From assembly GCA_001724265.1 (NCBI GenBank), contig MEDY01000273.1:1-41679 (forward strand): DNA of 41,679 nt, written 5' to 3'. This document shows positions 1 to 10,249 of the stretch, piece after piece. Source of the DNA: Rhizaria sp. SCN 62-66 (Eukaryota). The notes under the pieces were generated by a model, which saw only the letters and a program-made list of their open reading frames with translations, searched no databases and was not told the DNA's origin. Made by a program: the position numbers and the translations under genes. How positions within the stretch are numbered: the first letter of the stretch is position 1; the number at the start of each line of letters is the position of its first letter.

Positions 1-726
1 TGTCGAAAAGGTGTTTGAGGCTATCGAAATCGATGGGTTGATGAGGGGTTTATGAGTTGTAAAAAAGTGTCTTGGAACCCGGGAAATATATTACTGACTG
101 TGGACTCTCAGACCTCTCCTCTCATAACAAGTACTCTCATTGAATCGCGGATCTATCGATAATTGTGACCCGTTTGGTGACCGTCGCTCATACGTCGCTC
201 ACAGTCGTTTGACCACGAGGCCACCACGGTCATCGCAGGCCAACGTCACCCACCTCCAAACGGCTGTTTTTAGACGACTCAAATACGTGAATACTCCGCT
301 ATATCAACGAGTGCGATGTATGTATGTTAATACCAGCGTATTGTTTTATATCATTTTAAGCCTACACTAGTTCTTCAGCGACATTGTGGGCGGGACGAGG
401 TCTTCGTGCGAAATCCGGTCAAAGGGGCAGTTCTACTGGTCGAGCCGACATCGGAAAGCGGGGTTATTTCCTCTACAACGACGATTTTTGACTTGGTTCA
501 CACTGTATCAGGTCTGGTACAAGGCGTTTTTTCTAATTCCTAGGGGATTTTCTCTAAGACTCCACAATGGTTGCTCTTCTATCGCCTCCAGATTCCGGTA
601 ACTTTTTGCGCAGTCTGCAGCTCCGTCACCGCCCCACCTCCTGCCTCACCGTCTGTATCCAACAACACATCTTCGCTTCACACAACTTCACTTGTCCACA
701 GCCCGACTTCGCTCGCCTGCTCCTGC

Positions 727-1515
727 ATGCGCTTCCAGTCCCTTGTCCTCGCCCTCTTTGCCGCCGTGGTCGCCCTCGCGGCCTCGGCTACGGCCCTGTG
801 CCCCCATGAGGCCGCCGCCTCTGGCCTCCGTTCCCACCGGGTCCTGGCCGCCGCGTTCGGTGTTCACTCCACCGCCGAGGACTTCAACGCCAACACCGGC
901 AAGGGCGAGCACCGCTACGGTCTCGACATGGTTACGCCTCTGGACGCCAGCCACATGTCGTGCCTCAAGGCCCACGGCTATGACTTCGTCATCCCCCGCG
1001 GCCACCGCTCCACGGGCGTCATCGACAACAACTACATCGCCACGGTGCAGGCCGCGCGCGCCGCCGGCCTCAACTACACCGGCGTGTACCACTTCCCCTG
1101 CCCCACGTGCCCCATGTCGGCCGCGGCCCAGGTGCAGCAGCTGGTCACTTCGTTCAAGCAGAACAATGCCATGCCCGACATGCTCTGGCTCGACGTCGAA
1201 GGCACCCAGTACTGGCTCAAGAACGACGCCAAGAATCAGCAGTGGTTCACTGACTACTTCGCTGCCGCCGTCGCGTCGGGCGTCCCGTTCGGCGTCTACA
1301 GCAACCACCGCGAGTGGACCTCGATCTTCGGCTCCCTCACCTTCACCGTGCCCGGCCTCCCGTCGCACCCGCTCTGGTATGCGCGCTACAACTACCTCCC
1401 CACGCCCTACGACTACACCGCATTTGGCGGCTGGGTCAAGCCCAACATGAAGCAGTACCTGGATAACAAGAGTCTCTGCGCCGTCGAGATGGACATGAAC
1501 GTCTTCTACCAATAA
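727..1515 (+). CDS. Secreted GH25-family (Lys1/Entamoeba/Dictyostelium-type) lysozyme, 262 aa, intronless
   Basis: ATG at 727 starts a signal peptide (MRFQSLVLALFAAVVALAASATA). GH25 motifs follow: GLDMVT, CLKAHGYDFVIPRG, GVYHFPC, catalytic WLDVE, GVYSNHREW, LWYARY and FGGWVKPNMKQY. Stop TAA 1513-1515. Confidence 0.85.
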   Translation: MRFQSLVLALFAAVVALAASATALCPHEAAASGLRSHRVLAAAFGVHSTAEDFNANTGKGEHRYGLDMVTPLDASHMSCLKAHGYDFVIPRGHRSTGVIDNNYIATVQAARAAGLNYTGVYHFPCPTCPMSAAAQVQQLVTSFKQNNAMPDMLWLDVEGTQYWLKNDAKNQQWFTDYFAAAVASGVPFGVYSNHREWTSIFGSLTFTVPGLPSHPLWYARYNYLPTPYDYTAFGGWVKPNMKQYLDNKSLCAVEMDMNVFYQ

Positions 1516-1526
1516 GCGAAGCCTTC

Positions 1527-1594
1527 ACTCCTCGCTTGGTGAAACGCACTCGAGAGTTTTACTCCTCGCTTGGTGAAACGCACTCGAGAGTTTT
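1527..1594. repeat. Perfect 34-bp tandem duplication (ACTCCTCGCTTGGTGAAACGCACTCGAGAGTTTT x2)
   Basis: 1527-1560 is identical to 1561-1594, starting 11 nt after the lysozyme stop codon. Confidence 0.95.
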
Positions 1595-2376
1595 TGTATA
1601 TTTCTATTTAAGACTATATCACAGGTTGCGGTCAGTCGGCTAAACGACCCTGACAAGTACTGTTGCGTATTGTCTGTTCCTCTTCATTCTCTCTAACCTT
1701 AGTGCATTAAGCTACGCTCTAATTTGTCTCTCCCCTCATCAACACTCCTATTTGTACATTTCCTCAATTGTCGTTTCTTGTCTGTCATAGTTGCGCATCT
1801 ATTGTGTGCGACTCTTTTTACGAATTCGACTTCCAAACATACTGTGTCGGTCCACAGTCAGATATATTTTCCTTCTGATTCTCTCCGTTCACCAGTAGTT
1901 GTGTTTCTCTCATGATTTTCTTTTTCACGTTGAGTCATAGTGCGTGTTTGCTTCTGTTGTTTATATCGAGTGATATCAAAGCAACGTCTCTCTGCACACA
2001 CTTTCTCTTTGTGACTCCCTCTCTGCCAACGTTTCTTTCCCTCCCTCAGTGTGTTTGCGCGCCCGCTGTAGATCGATTAATATTGCGGAAGTGGCTTGTA
2101 TAAGAGTTTGTATAGCACCTACAAGCCATTTCGCAACATCATTCGCACAATCTCCGTACGAGCTATTGATTGCTTTTTGCGTTGCAATACACACACTCTC
2201 CCTGTTTAGACTTCCTCATATCTCGTCGCAATGCAAAACATGGAGTGGTTCTCTACACAGACAATTACGACCGGTGTATTAGTGATAAGTATGGTCTGGA
2301 AACGAATGTCGAATGTTGACCTTCGTCGGTACTGAAATAAGAGTCGAGGGTTCGAAAGTATGTCTTGCTAAAACGC

Positions 2377-3974
2377 TCAGCGCTTATCACGGCGATCGTA
2401 GTCGCGATCCCGGTCACTCCGGTCACGGTTACGGTCATCATTGCCATCGCCATCGTCATCGTTATCCTGACCCAGCTTCGTCTTGTTCGTCTTAAACTTG
2501 GCAAACAGCGCCATCGTCCGGTCCTCCCTCGCCTCGAGCGCCTTTTCGCCGTCGCGGTCGCGCACGCCCAGCGCGGCGTCGGAGGCACTTACACTGCCCG
2601 CGGATGTAAGGGCCTTGCGCGAGAGGTACTTAGCGCGCATCGCGGCGACAGCGGAGCCGCCACTGCTAGACGCAGATGCAGACGTAGACGCGGATGCAGG
2701 CGCAGATGCAGAGATGGAGCCAGAGCTCGAGCTCAAACTAGAGCTAGAGTGAGAGCGAGAACTAGAGCTAGAGCTGGAGGCAGGCTTAGCGGCAGGGAGA
2801 GCAGTGTCGTTGTGATAATCACCAGCATACTTGCTCGCACCCGGAAGAGAGCTAGAGTTAGAGTTAGAGTTTGGGTTCGCCATTGAGGGGAACGCAGCAA
2901 GAGCCTTGCCTTTGGTACTGACAGCGCTAGCAGAGCTGCCGTTCGCACTGCTTTGAGCGTCCAGTGCGTCGAAAATGGAGCCGCCCTTGTTTTTGATCTT
3001 TTTGCTGGCCGCCGCCAGCTTGGCGCTGCTGAAGTCATCGCCACCGTCGTCGTCCTCTGCCTCGCCAAACGACAGTAACGTCGCTTCGTTCACCTTCTTC
3101 TTGGCTGCGGCGGCTGCGGCGGCGGCCGCGGCGGCGGCGGCGGCCTCCGCAGCGGCGGCCTCGGCGGCGGCGCGCGCGGCGACCGCGACGGGGGACGGTT
3201 TGAGGTCAGGGAAGGGGTTGACTAGGACGGTGGTCTTGAGGATCACCGGGGCACGCACCGGGGTCTGGTCGGCGTTGCACTCGAGCTCGCTCAGGGCGTT
3301 AAGGTTGTACCTGGGAACGCGCAAGAATACACGAAATTAAGGCAGTAAAACGGGGCCAGTTGTGAGGAGTTAAGAGTTGTCATGACCAATAAATTGGAGT
3401 TAGTTACCGTGTTTTTTCATTGATTCGATTCGTACCTGGTGTCGCCAGTGATTGTGCCAAACAGCGTGTTCTTGCCGTCCAGCCACTTAGTCGCGCCCAA
3501 AGTGAAGAAGAACCGGCTGTCGTTGGCCTGTTTGGCACCGTACACGGTCTTGGCTTGCTCCGCCGAGTCGGGGATCGCGCTGCCGGCGAGCCCCACCAGT
3601 CCTGCACGGTTGTACCGCAGACGGGAGTTGACCTCAGTCTTAAACGTGGTGCTGCTAAGGTCGCCCGCACCGCTGCTGTTGCTGCTGCTGCCGTCGAGTC
3701 CGGGCACCGGCGGCGGCGCGGGCGAGCGGGTCGGGTCCTTGTACAGGTCGACGCCGCCACTGTCCGTGTTGGTGGGGTCGCCCGACTGCGCCACAAAGCC
3801 CGGGGCGACGCGGTAAAAGGCGCATTTGTCGTAGTAGCGGTCCAGGCAGAGCTGGATGAAGTGGCGACACGCCAGGGGCGCCTCTTTGGACCAGAGCTCG
3901 ACGTCGAAGTCGCCCAGCGTGGTGGTGAGCACGACCTTGCCGTGCGTCAGAGGCTCGGAAATGCTGCTAGACAT
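2377..3974 (-). CDS. CWC27: Spliceosome-associated cyclophilin CWC27, ~490 aa; exons 3974-3436, 3310-2377
   Basis: N-terminus EPLTHGKVVLTTTLGDFDVELWSKEAPLACRHFIQLC. The phase-2 GT-AG intron 3435-3311 joins GDT-R-YNL...VLVNPFPDL. CWC27-type LLSFGEAE and REDRTMALFAKFK motifs lie downstream. Confidence 0.9.
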
Positions 3975-4974
3975 TTCACAACAGTAGGATTACAATAATT
4001 TATATGTGTTTCTAATAAGAAAAGTATGTCTTGCTCGTCTAATGTTCTGTGGTATGATATGACGCGAAGAAAAAGAAATGTGTGATGTGTGCCGACGGAA
4101 TTGGTGAGAGTGCGAGTGATATAAAAGAAGGATGATGAGAGGCCAGAAGAGCTTCCAAGAGTTCAGTGGCAAGTATTCCAGTCCGCACTACACGCCAATA
4201 TATATACCCTGTGATTGTGTTCCAGAGTACGCGTTGTTGTCAGATCGAGCTTGGAATGTGCGAAGGGTTGAACCATGACCAACGGCTTCAGAGTAAGGTG
4301 CCCGATCACCTGCCACAGAGAGGCATAACCGTGTCATGTGAATGTGTTATAAACGGAAAATGGTGATGCGACAAATATAAACCCGATATTACTGCTACGG
4401 ACGTATTGACGATTAATACATTGCGATGCCGCTCTAGCTTTCATTGTGGTACGCCAGGCTCGGCCTCCAACCCGAACCAACCACGGTCGTGTAGGCTGCA
4501 AAAATGATACTGTAACGGCGAACTCTTTTCGTCGATTGGAAATGCAGACCATCCACTGGACTCTCAGTGACATTTTAACTCAGAAACTTTTTGTGAAATA
4601 TCTTTGCTATGACGTCTTGCCTATCAACACCCTCCTTTAAGGAAGGAGGCTGCTACTAAGCACCATCGAGACTCTCTGCGACGTTATTATAGCGAATATC
4701 TACCTTGCAACAACGACGAATAGCTGCAGTGTTGGTGCATGTGGCACTAGCGTGCTTGAAACTATGTGATTTTAACGCTCACTTGTACATCCACTCTTTC
4801 CCTTGCGGGTATTTGGCTCTTCGGTCCAATATCTTTGTCCTCCTTCCACTCTCTGTCAGCAGTCTTGCCCAATCTCCAACAGCGGCACAACGCCCCCACA
4901 CATCGACAACACCTCACCACCCAACTCATACCACACAAGAAACCCAGGTTTTTCTTTAGTTTTCGGCTAAACCC

Positions 4975-5411
4975 ATGAGCTCTCGCTCCAACCCCCGCGC
5001 CCACCCGCTTGACGGCGGCTCGAGCGCTGCCCGGGTGAGCAACGCCAACCACGCCCACAGTGATAGTGACAGCGACGACGGCGCCGACCGCGCCGCCCTC
5101 GCCGCCGCGGCCGCGCCCCTCACGGCCTTGCTCGCCCCCGACCTGGCCGCAACCGCGAGCGGTACCGCCGACGCGAGCGCACCTGCCACTGCAGCGACGA
5201 CCGGGAGTCCCAACAACGGAGGTTTCTCAGCACCGGCATCCTCAGCGTTTGGCCCCGCAAAGCCTTCGTCCGCGGCCGCAGTGACGTCGCCGCCGACGCC
5301 CACGGCGGCCACCACTGCTGCCGCCGCCGCCTCCGCCGCTGCCGCGAATGTCATGATGCAACAGCGTCGAGGGCAACAGGGCGGCAACGCCTACACCGCG
5401 AACCTGACGAT

Positions 5412-5447
<36 letters not shown>

Positions 5448-8400
5448 CAGCGCAGGTACTGGTGGGTTTTATAATGACTACGTGAACGACTACTATGACT
5501 CCAGCTATCATCAATACCAGCAGCAGCAGCAGAGTGGCGGCAAAATGCCTCCGTCGACACTGGCGTCGTCGCACAGCTTCAGCTATAACAAAGACAGCGA
5601 CGGCAAAGCAAACGCGAACGACAAGATTGGCAGCAGCAAAGACGACTACAGCACATACAGCAACGCGTCTCCGGACCCGTACTCGAGCACGTACGCAGCC
5701 GCGCCGCAGAAGCCCGGCTCGCACGCTAACTCGTACACCAACCAGGGCGCGTACAGCTCGCTCAAGCCGCGCAAGCCGGTCCCGTCGGTCCTTTCCTCCG
5801 GCGCCAAGGCCCTCGGCCACGACCTGGTCATCTCGCTTAAGGAGGCTGACAGCCGCCGACTGGCGGGGATTCTGGCCCGCAACCGCGCCTGGGCGCTGGC
5901 GCACCCGCTGTGGCGCTGGCTGCCGTCTTACCTCACCGGCACCGTCGCCGCGTACGGCGTACAGGGGCTGGGTGTGTTCCTGCTGCGCGAGCGCTCCGTG
6001 CTCGACGTCGGCGTCGTCATCGGCTGTTGCATTGCGCTCAGTGCCATCACGGCCGCGCTGTGCTGCACGGCGGCCTTCTACCAGGACACCACGCGCAAGC
6101 TGCAGACGGGCGTCGTCACGGTCGCCGCTACCGTCGGGCTCGTCGGCGCGCTCGTCGGCGGGCTCTTCATCCAGGACTACTGGTATTTCGACGACGTGGC
6201 CGGGCAGGTCGACTCGCACATGCACCCCGGGTGGTACACGGGGTACTCGTTCGCGCCCCACACCACGGTCGCCATCGAGAGCATGCAGGTGTGGCCGCTG
6301 GACGAGAGCAACACGCTCTGTCTCGCCCCGCTTGTCACTGTCGAGGACGACGACGATGACAGTGACCGCGGCAGCAGCGGCGGCAAGAGTGGCGGCGGGA
6401 AACCTGGCGACGCCGCGGCCAGCGCAGCTGCCGCGGCCGCGGCTGTGAACGCCGCCGCGAGCACCACCGCTGCTGTCGCGGCTGGCGCTGCTGCTGGAGG
6501 CAACCTGGTCGTGGACAGCGTGACGGGCGCGGTCATGGGCACAACCACGGCCCTGCCCACCGCCAGCGTCGTGGTTGACCCGGCGACGGGCGCCAGCGTC
6601 GTGGTCAAGACCGTCGCCGAGCCCGCCATCGGCGGCGTCACCGGGGTCACTGGGGCGAACGCTATCTCGATCGACTCTGCTGCTGCTGCGGCGGCGGCGG
6701 CGGCGGCGGCGACGGGCACTGCGATTATGACCGACGGCGGCGTGGCCATTTTGCCGCCAAACGCGGTCATCATCGCCAGCCCCGACGTGGCCGCATCGAC
6801 CGCGGCGGCGACGGGAGTCAGTGGCGCTGCTGCGAGCAACATCGTTATCCCCGCGACCGCGACTGTCGGGGGCAAGACCTTGATCATTGCGCCGCTCTCC
6901 CCGGCGTCCGCGGCGGGGACGACCGCCAAGCTGCCGCTCAGCGGCGCCATCACCACTGGCATTGACGCCGCGACGGGCGCGCCCGTCCTCGTCGACGCAG
7001 CCACCGGCGCCGCAGTGGCTTTGCCGTCGCTGTCCCCCGCGCTCATCACGCCTCTGGTTCCCGGCGCGGGCCCCGCGTCCGCGGTGGTGACGCCCGCGGT
7101 GAAATCAGTGATCGTGCCGACAGTGCCCGCGGCCCTCACGGCGCCCGCCAAGAAGGCCACCGGCGCCATGGCGCGCATCAAGGAGCTTATGCAGCAGTCG
7201 CAGCGCGACCTGGAGACCGAGGGCGGCGAGAAGGGCAAGCACAAGCGCCAGCTCAAGGCCGCGGCGGCCGTCGCGGCGGCGGGGGCCGCGGCCGAGGCAG
7301 GCGCCGCCGCGGCTGCTGCCAGTTCGAGCAAGGCGGCCGACTCCGGCTCTGCCGCTGCGGCTGCTGCTGCTGGCGCTGCGACCGGAGATGCCGCGAAGTC
7401 TGGCTCTGGTGCGGGGGCTGTTGACGCCGCGTCCCGTGCTAGTGGTGCTGCGGTGACCGGCACAGGCGCTGCCGGCGGCGTTTCTGGCGATAGTGGCATT
7501 AGAACGATTGTCACCCCCCACGGGCCCGTCGTCATCGCCAACGCCGCCGGCGTCGCGGCCAACGGCAAGCCCGCCGCGGCTGGCGCTGGAGCCGCCGTGG
7601 TGGGCGCGCCAGTCGCCAGCGTTGTGGTGGGCCCCGCCGCCGCCGTCGCCGTGTCCGTGTCGGCCAACGATGCTAACGCGGCGACAGAGGTCAACTCAGC
7701 CTCTGCGATGCTGCCCGACCCAGTGGGCGTGCCCATCGTGTTGCCAAAGCCGCTGTCGGAGACGGCGGCGGAGGACGCGGCCGAGGCCGCCGCGGCGCTG
7801 CCCACGGTCACGGACCGCACACAGGCCAGCGCAGACCGGGCCAAGACCGACGGCAAGGGCGGCAAAGGCGCGAGCGCGGCCGACAAGGAGAGCGCCGGCA
7901 ACGAGGCTGGTAGCGCGGACAAGGGCGGTGTCAATGGCAAGGAGCCGGCCGTAAGCAACCAGGCGAGCGGGAGCTCCGTCACCGACGCGAGCAGTTCGAC
8001 TGGTGCAGGCAGCAGCAGCAGTAGCAGCAGCAGTGGCGGCGGTGGCGCCTTGAGCTCTGCGACCGGCACTGCCGCGGCTGCGCCTGTGCCGAAGCGCAAG
8101 AAGGATAAGGGCATCACGATGATCCTCAAGGCTGACCCCTCGGCCTCGGCGACGACAACGGCCACTGCGGCCCCTGCCGCCGTGGCCGCCGCGGCGATCG
8201 CGGGCTCGGTTCTGGCGGGCGCCGGCGTCGTGGGCGCGGCCGCCGGCGCTGCCAAGGCGGAGGCTGCGGCTGCTGCGACCGAGACGCCTGTCGTGATGGC
8301 GCCCAAGGGCTCGCTGCCCGACACGCCAGCCCCGCTGCCCGCCTTCCTGCCCTCCGTCCAAGCCGCCGCTGCCGCCGCCGCGGCTGCTGCCGCCGCCGCC

Positions 8401-9667
8401 AAGGATGTTACCAAGACTGCGGACAAGGCTGCGTTCATCGAGCTTGATGCGACCGTGTTTGTCTCCGCCGCAGCTGAGCTCACTCCCAAGCTGTCGCTGA
8501 CCGCGAGCTCGAGCCCCGCGCGCACCGCCGCGCCGGTCACGTTCACCTCGCTTCCCCACACCGGCGCCGGCGCAGGCGCGGGCGTTGGCTCTGCGGCCGC
8601 TGCCGGAGGCGGCGGACTGATGGCACCGGTGACGTTCGTGCCCTCGTCGTCGCTGTCGCTGGTGTCTCCGCTCCAGCAGCAGCAGACGCCGCTGTCGCAG
8701 CGCCTGTGGTACCAGCCGCGCTTTGGCCCCGTGGCCTCGCCCTACTTCACCTCCACCAGCGCGCTTAAGCAGCAGCATCTGCAGTCCGCATCGGCCGCGG
8801 CCACGGGCGCGGGCGGCGCGGGCACTGCGGCCGCGGTGACGCCGCTCTACTACTGGGCCATCGAGCGCAATTGCTGCTCGCTCGACAAGGTCACTGTCGC
8901 GGCCGCCGCGGGGGGCAAGGCTGGCGCTGGGGCCGTGACCGCCGCGGGGGGCGCTGCTGGTGCGGCGGGCACAGCCGGCACCGGGGTGCTGACGGTGCCG
9001 CGCGCGACGTGCGAGTCGTTCTTGCAGCCGAACATTTACAGGTACGCTTTCATCGATATATTTATCGCGATGAAATTAAATTATGTATTTATGTCACGGA
9101 GTTTTGTCCGAGTTATTTTCCAATTTAAATGCAATCTCATTCTCTCGTCTTCATCAAAATCATGTTCGTGTTCGGCAACTTGTTTTCTTCTTATTCTTTC
9201 TGGCTCCCAGGGAGGCGCAGCGCAAGGATCCCCGCAGCAGTTGGGACGACGCCCTCGAGTCTCTCGCCAAGCAGAACCCTGACATCAAGATTGCGCGCTC
9301 GCACGCCTTCCTGGAACTCGTGCCCAAGGGTACCCTTAAGGCGCGCCAGTCGGACCGCTTTACCGTACGTCGCTGACAACATGTGCCCTTGTTCTCGTTT
9401 ATTAACATCAAAGTATACAATCTCGGCATGTATTGAACTATCATTGAAGTCACAACACACTCATCTATGACATGACCATCTTGTTTCGCTCTCAATGCCC
9501 CGCACGCACAGTACGCGTGGCTGACCTTCATCTTCCTGCCGCTGGCGTGGCCGCTGCTCGCCGGCCTCGTCTACGTCTCCATGTCGTGCTGGATGCGTTG
9601 CGTCAGCGACGCCTCCGACGCGCGCCGCGCCGGCGCCGCTTATTACACGCAGAACATCACGGCTTAA
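4975..9667 (+). CDS. Hypothetical 4-TM membrane protein, ~1458 aa, with a very long Ala/Gly/Ser/Val-rich insert; exons 4975-9041, 9211-9364, 9512-9667
   Basis: Long ORF with GC-rich codon usage. Introns 9042-9210 and 9365-9511 (GTACG...CAG) keep frame to TAA 9665-9667. Three hydrophobic segments lie at ~5910-6170 and one in the last exon (YAWLTFIFLPLAWPLLAGLVYVSM). Confidence 0.75.
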
Positions 9668-10249
9668 GCTGAGAATGTCCCGCATCCGTGGTTGGTGTTA
9701 ATGAGATTTTTTGTATTGTTGTTATCATGTGATAACACGACCGATTATGACTATGACTACATGTATACGCCGTATTACCTTAGGTTTATATATTATTAGA
9801 TGAAGCAATTATGGACTATCTGCAAATTATGAAACAAATGACAGAACAAATAACAAACAGAATACACATCACTGTGACCTATCGTTCTCCAATGCATGTA
9901 GAGATATGCAATGAGATGAGTATGACAACCACAGAGCGTGATCTGATTGTTATGGTAATGCGTCTTGTTGTAGCGTAGTGCTATAAAAGTATCTTGGCAC
10001 AAGTGTCGTGATGAAACAAGGCAGCAAACGTTCCACACGTCTGCTTTCACACTTAATTTTCACCTCACAGCTACAGGATACAAACACGAGCACAAACCAA
10101 AACACACTGCCGAATATAATAACCGTGAGCGAGCGCCGCCGTCATACAAACAGCAGCGACTCGCTCACTCACGTTCACTATCCCTCACATAGACTCTCTA
10201 AGGAGATGCTCTCAGAAAGACCATGGTACGGACGGGCGCGATAAGCACT

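Noticed and set aside
571..726. N-terminal extension of the lysozyme ORF
   Set aside because: It begins at a non-ATG codon, while the ATG at 727 starts a clean signal peptide.
1527..1594. 34-bp repeat as a CRISPR array
   Set aside because: There are only two abutting copies with no spacer and no cas genes, in a eukaryotic context.
2660..2880. Hexamer-like repeats (GAGCTA/GAGTTA/GATGCA)
   Set aside because: They simply encode the Ser, Ser-Ala and Asn-Ser low-complexity runs of CWC27 on the minus strand.
6177..8561. 794-aa antisense ORF, and similar long overlapping ORFs (14684-16210, 17470-18543, 26016-27374, 32751-33794)
   Set aside because: These are shadow ORFs expected opposite GC-rich coding sequence. 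They have no recognisable motifs, and the other strand carries the coherent gene.
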